From: Octopus vulgaris | Taxonomy: Eukaryota | Assembly (NCBI GenBank): GCA_951406725.2 | Contig: CATOCA020000001.1 | Coordinates: 5,766,001-5,830,000, forward strand | Reading direction: 5' to 3' | DNA length: 64,000 nt | In this document: piece after piece, positions 63,828 to 64,000 of the stretch | Numbering within the stretch: the first letter of the stretch is position 1 | How the letters are laid out: every line of letters starts with the position of its first letter | The notes under the pieces: generated by a model | The model's database searches: none | Told to the model about the DNA's origin: nothing | The model's input: the letters and a program-made list of their open reading frames with translations, nothing else | Program-made: the position numbers and the translations under genes

Positions 63828-64000
63828 TGTGGGAAGGAAATAAATATTCGTCTGTCAAAATTCTTTATTTATTTAATTTCTAATGAACATAAATGGGATA
63901 TACTAATACTATATTCACTTACACATGCATAAACTAAGAATATGCAAAAGAAACTAATAAATTATGGTAACTAAATATTTAGGGGTGAAAAAAGTATTCG

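Noticed and set aside
61856-63932. His/Thr/Tyr/Ile-rich ORFs (also 40084-41018, 53065-53545)
   Set aside because: Translations of CA/TA microsatellites.

Overview
Repeat-rich, AT-rich animal genomic DNA. The SINE families, RTE/Penelope content and microsatellite load point to an octopus/coleoid cephalopod; this is my inference, not a database result. The window is organised around a large inverted (head-to-head) duplication of a multi-exon MIB2-like ankyrin-repeat gene. The left arm (1 to ~12,860) carries minus-strand exons C, D and E. It is the reverse complement of the right arm (~49,175 to 56,992 and probably beyond), which carries plus-strand exons C', D', E' and then F'. The ~36 kb spacer holds the only recognisable upstream exons (A and B), both on the minus strand; no upstream exons were found for the right copy. 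Introns next to exons C and D are nearly identical between copies, whereas exons C and D differ by ~13% and ~32%, mostly through amino-acid-changing substitutions, with frames and splice sites intact. Other content: a 12.4 kb higher-order (ATC)n array, a ~120 bp polypyrimidine minisatellite, a (GATA)n-embedded Tx1/L1 element, a (TAA)n-adjacent Dong/R4 element, Hero, RTE, CR1-like, Gypsy, Tc1/mariner, Helitron/HINE and SINE remnants, a Neptune-type Penelope element, two hammerhead-ribozyme-bearing non-coding repeats and several foldback hairpins. Nearly all long ORFs in the supplied track are simple-repeat artefacts. All alignments and counts were done by eye and are approximate.
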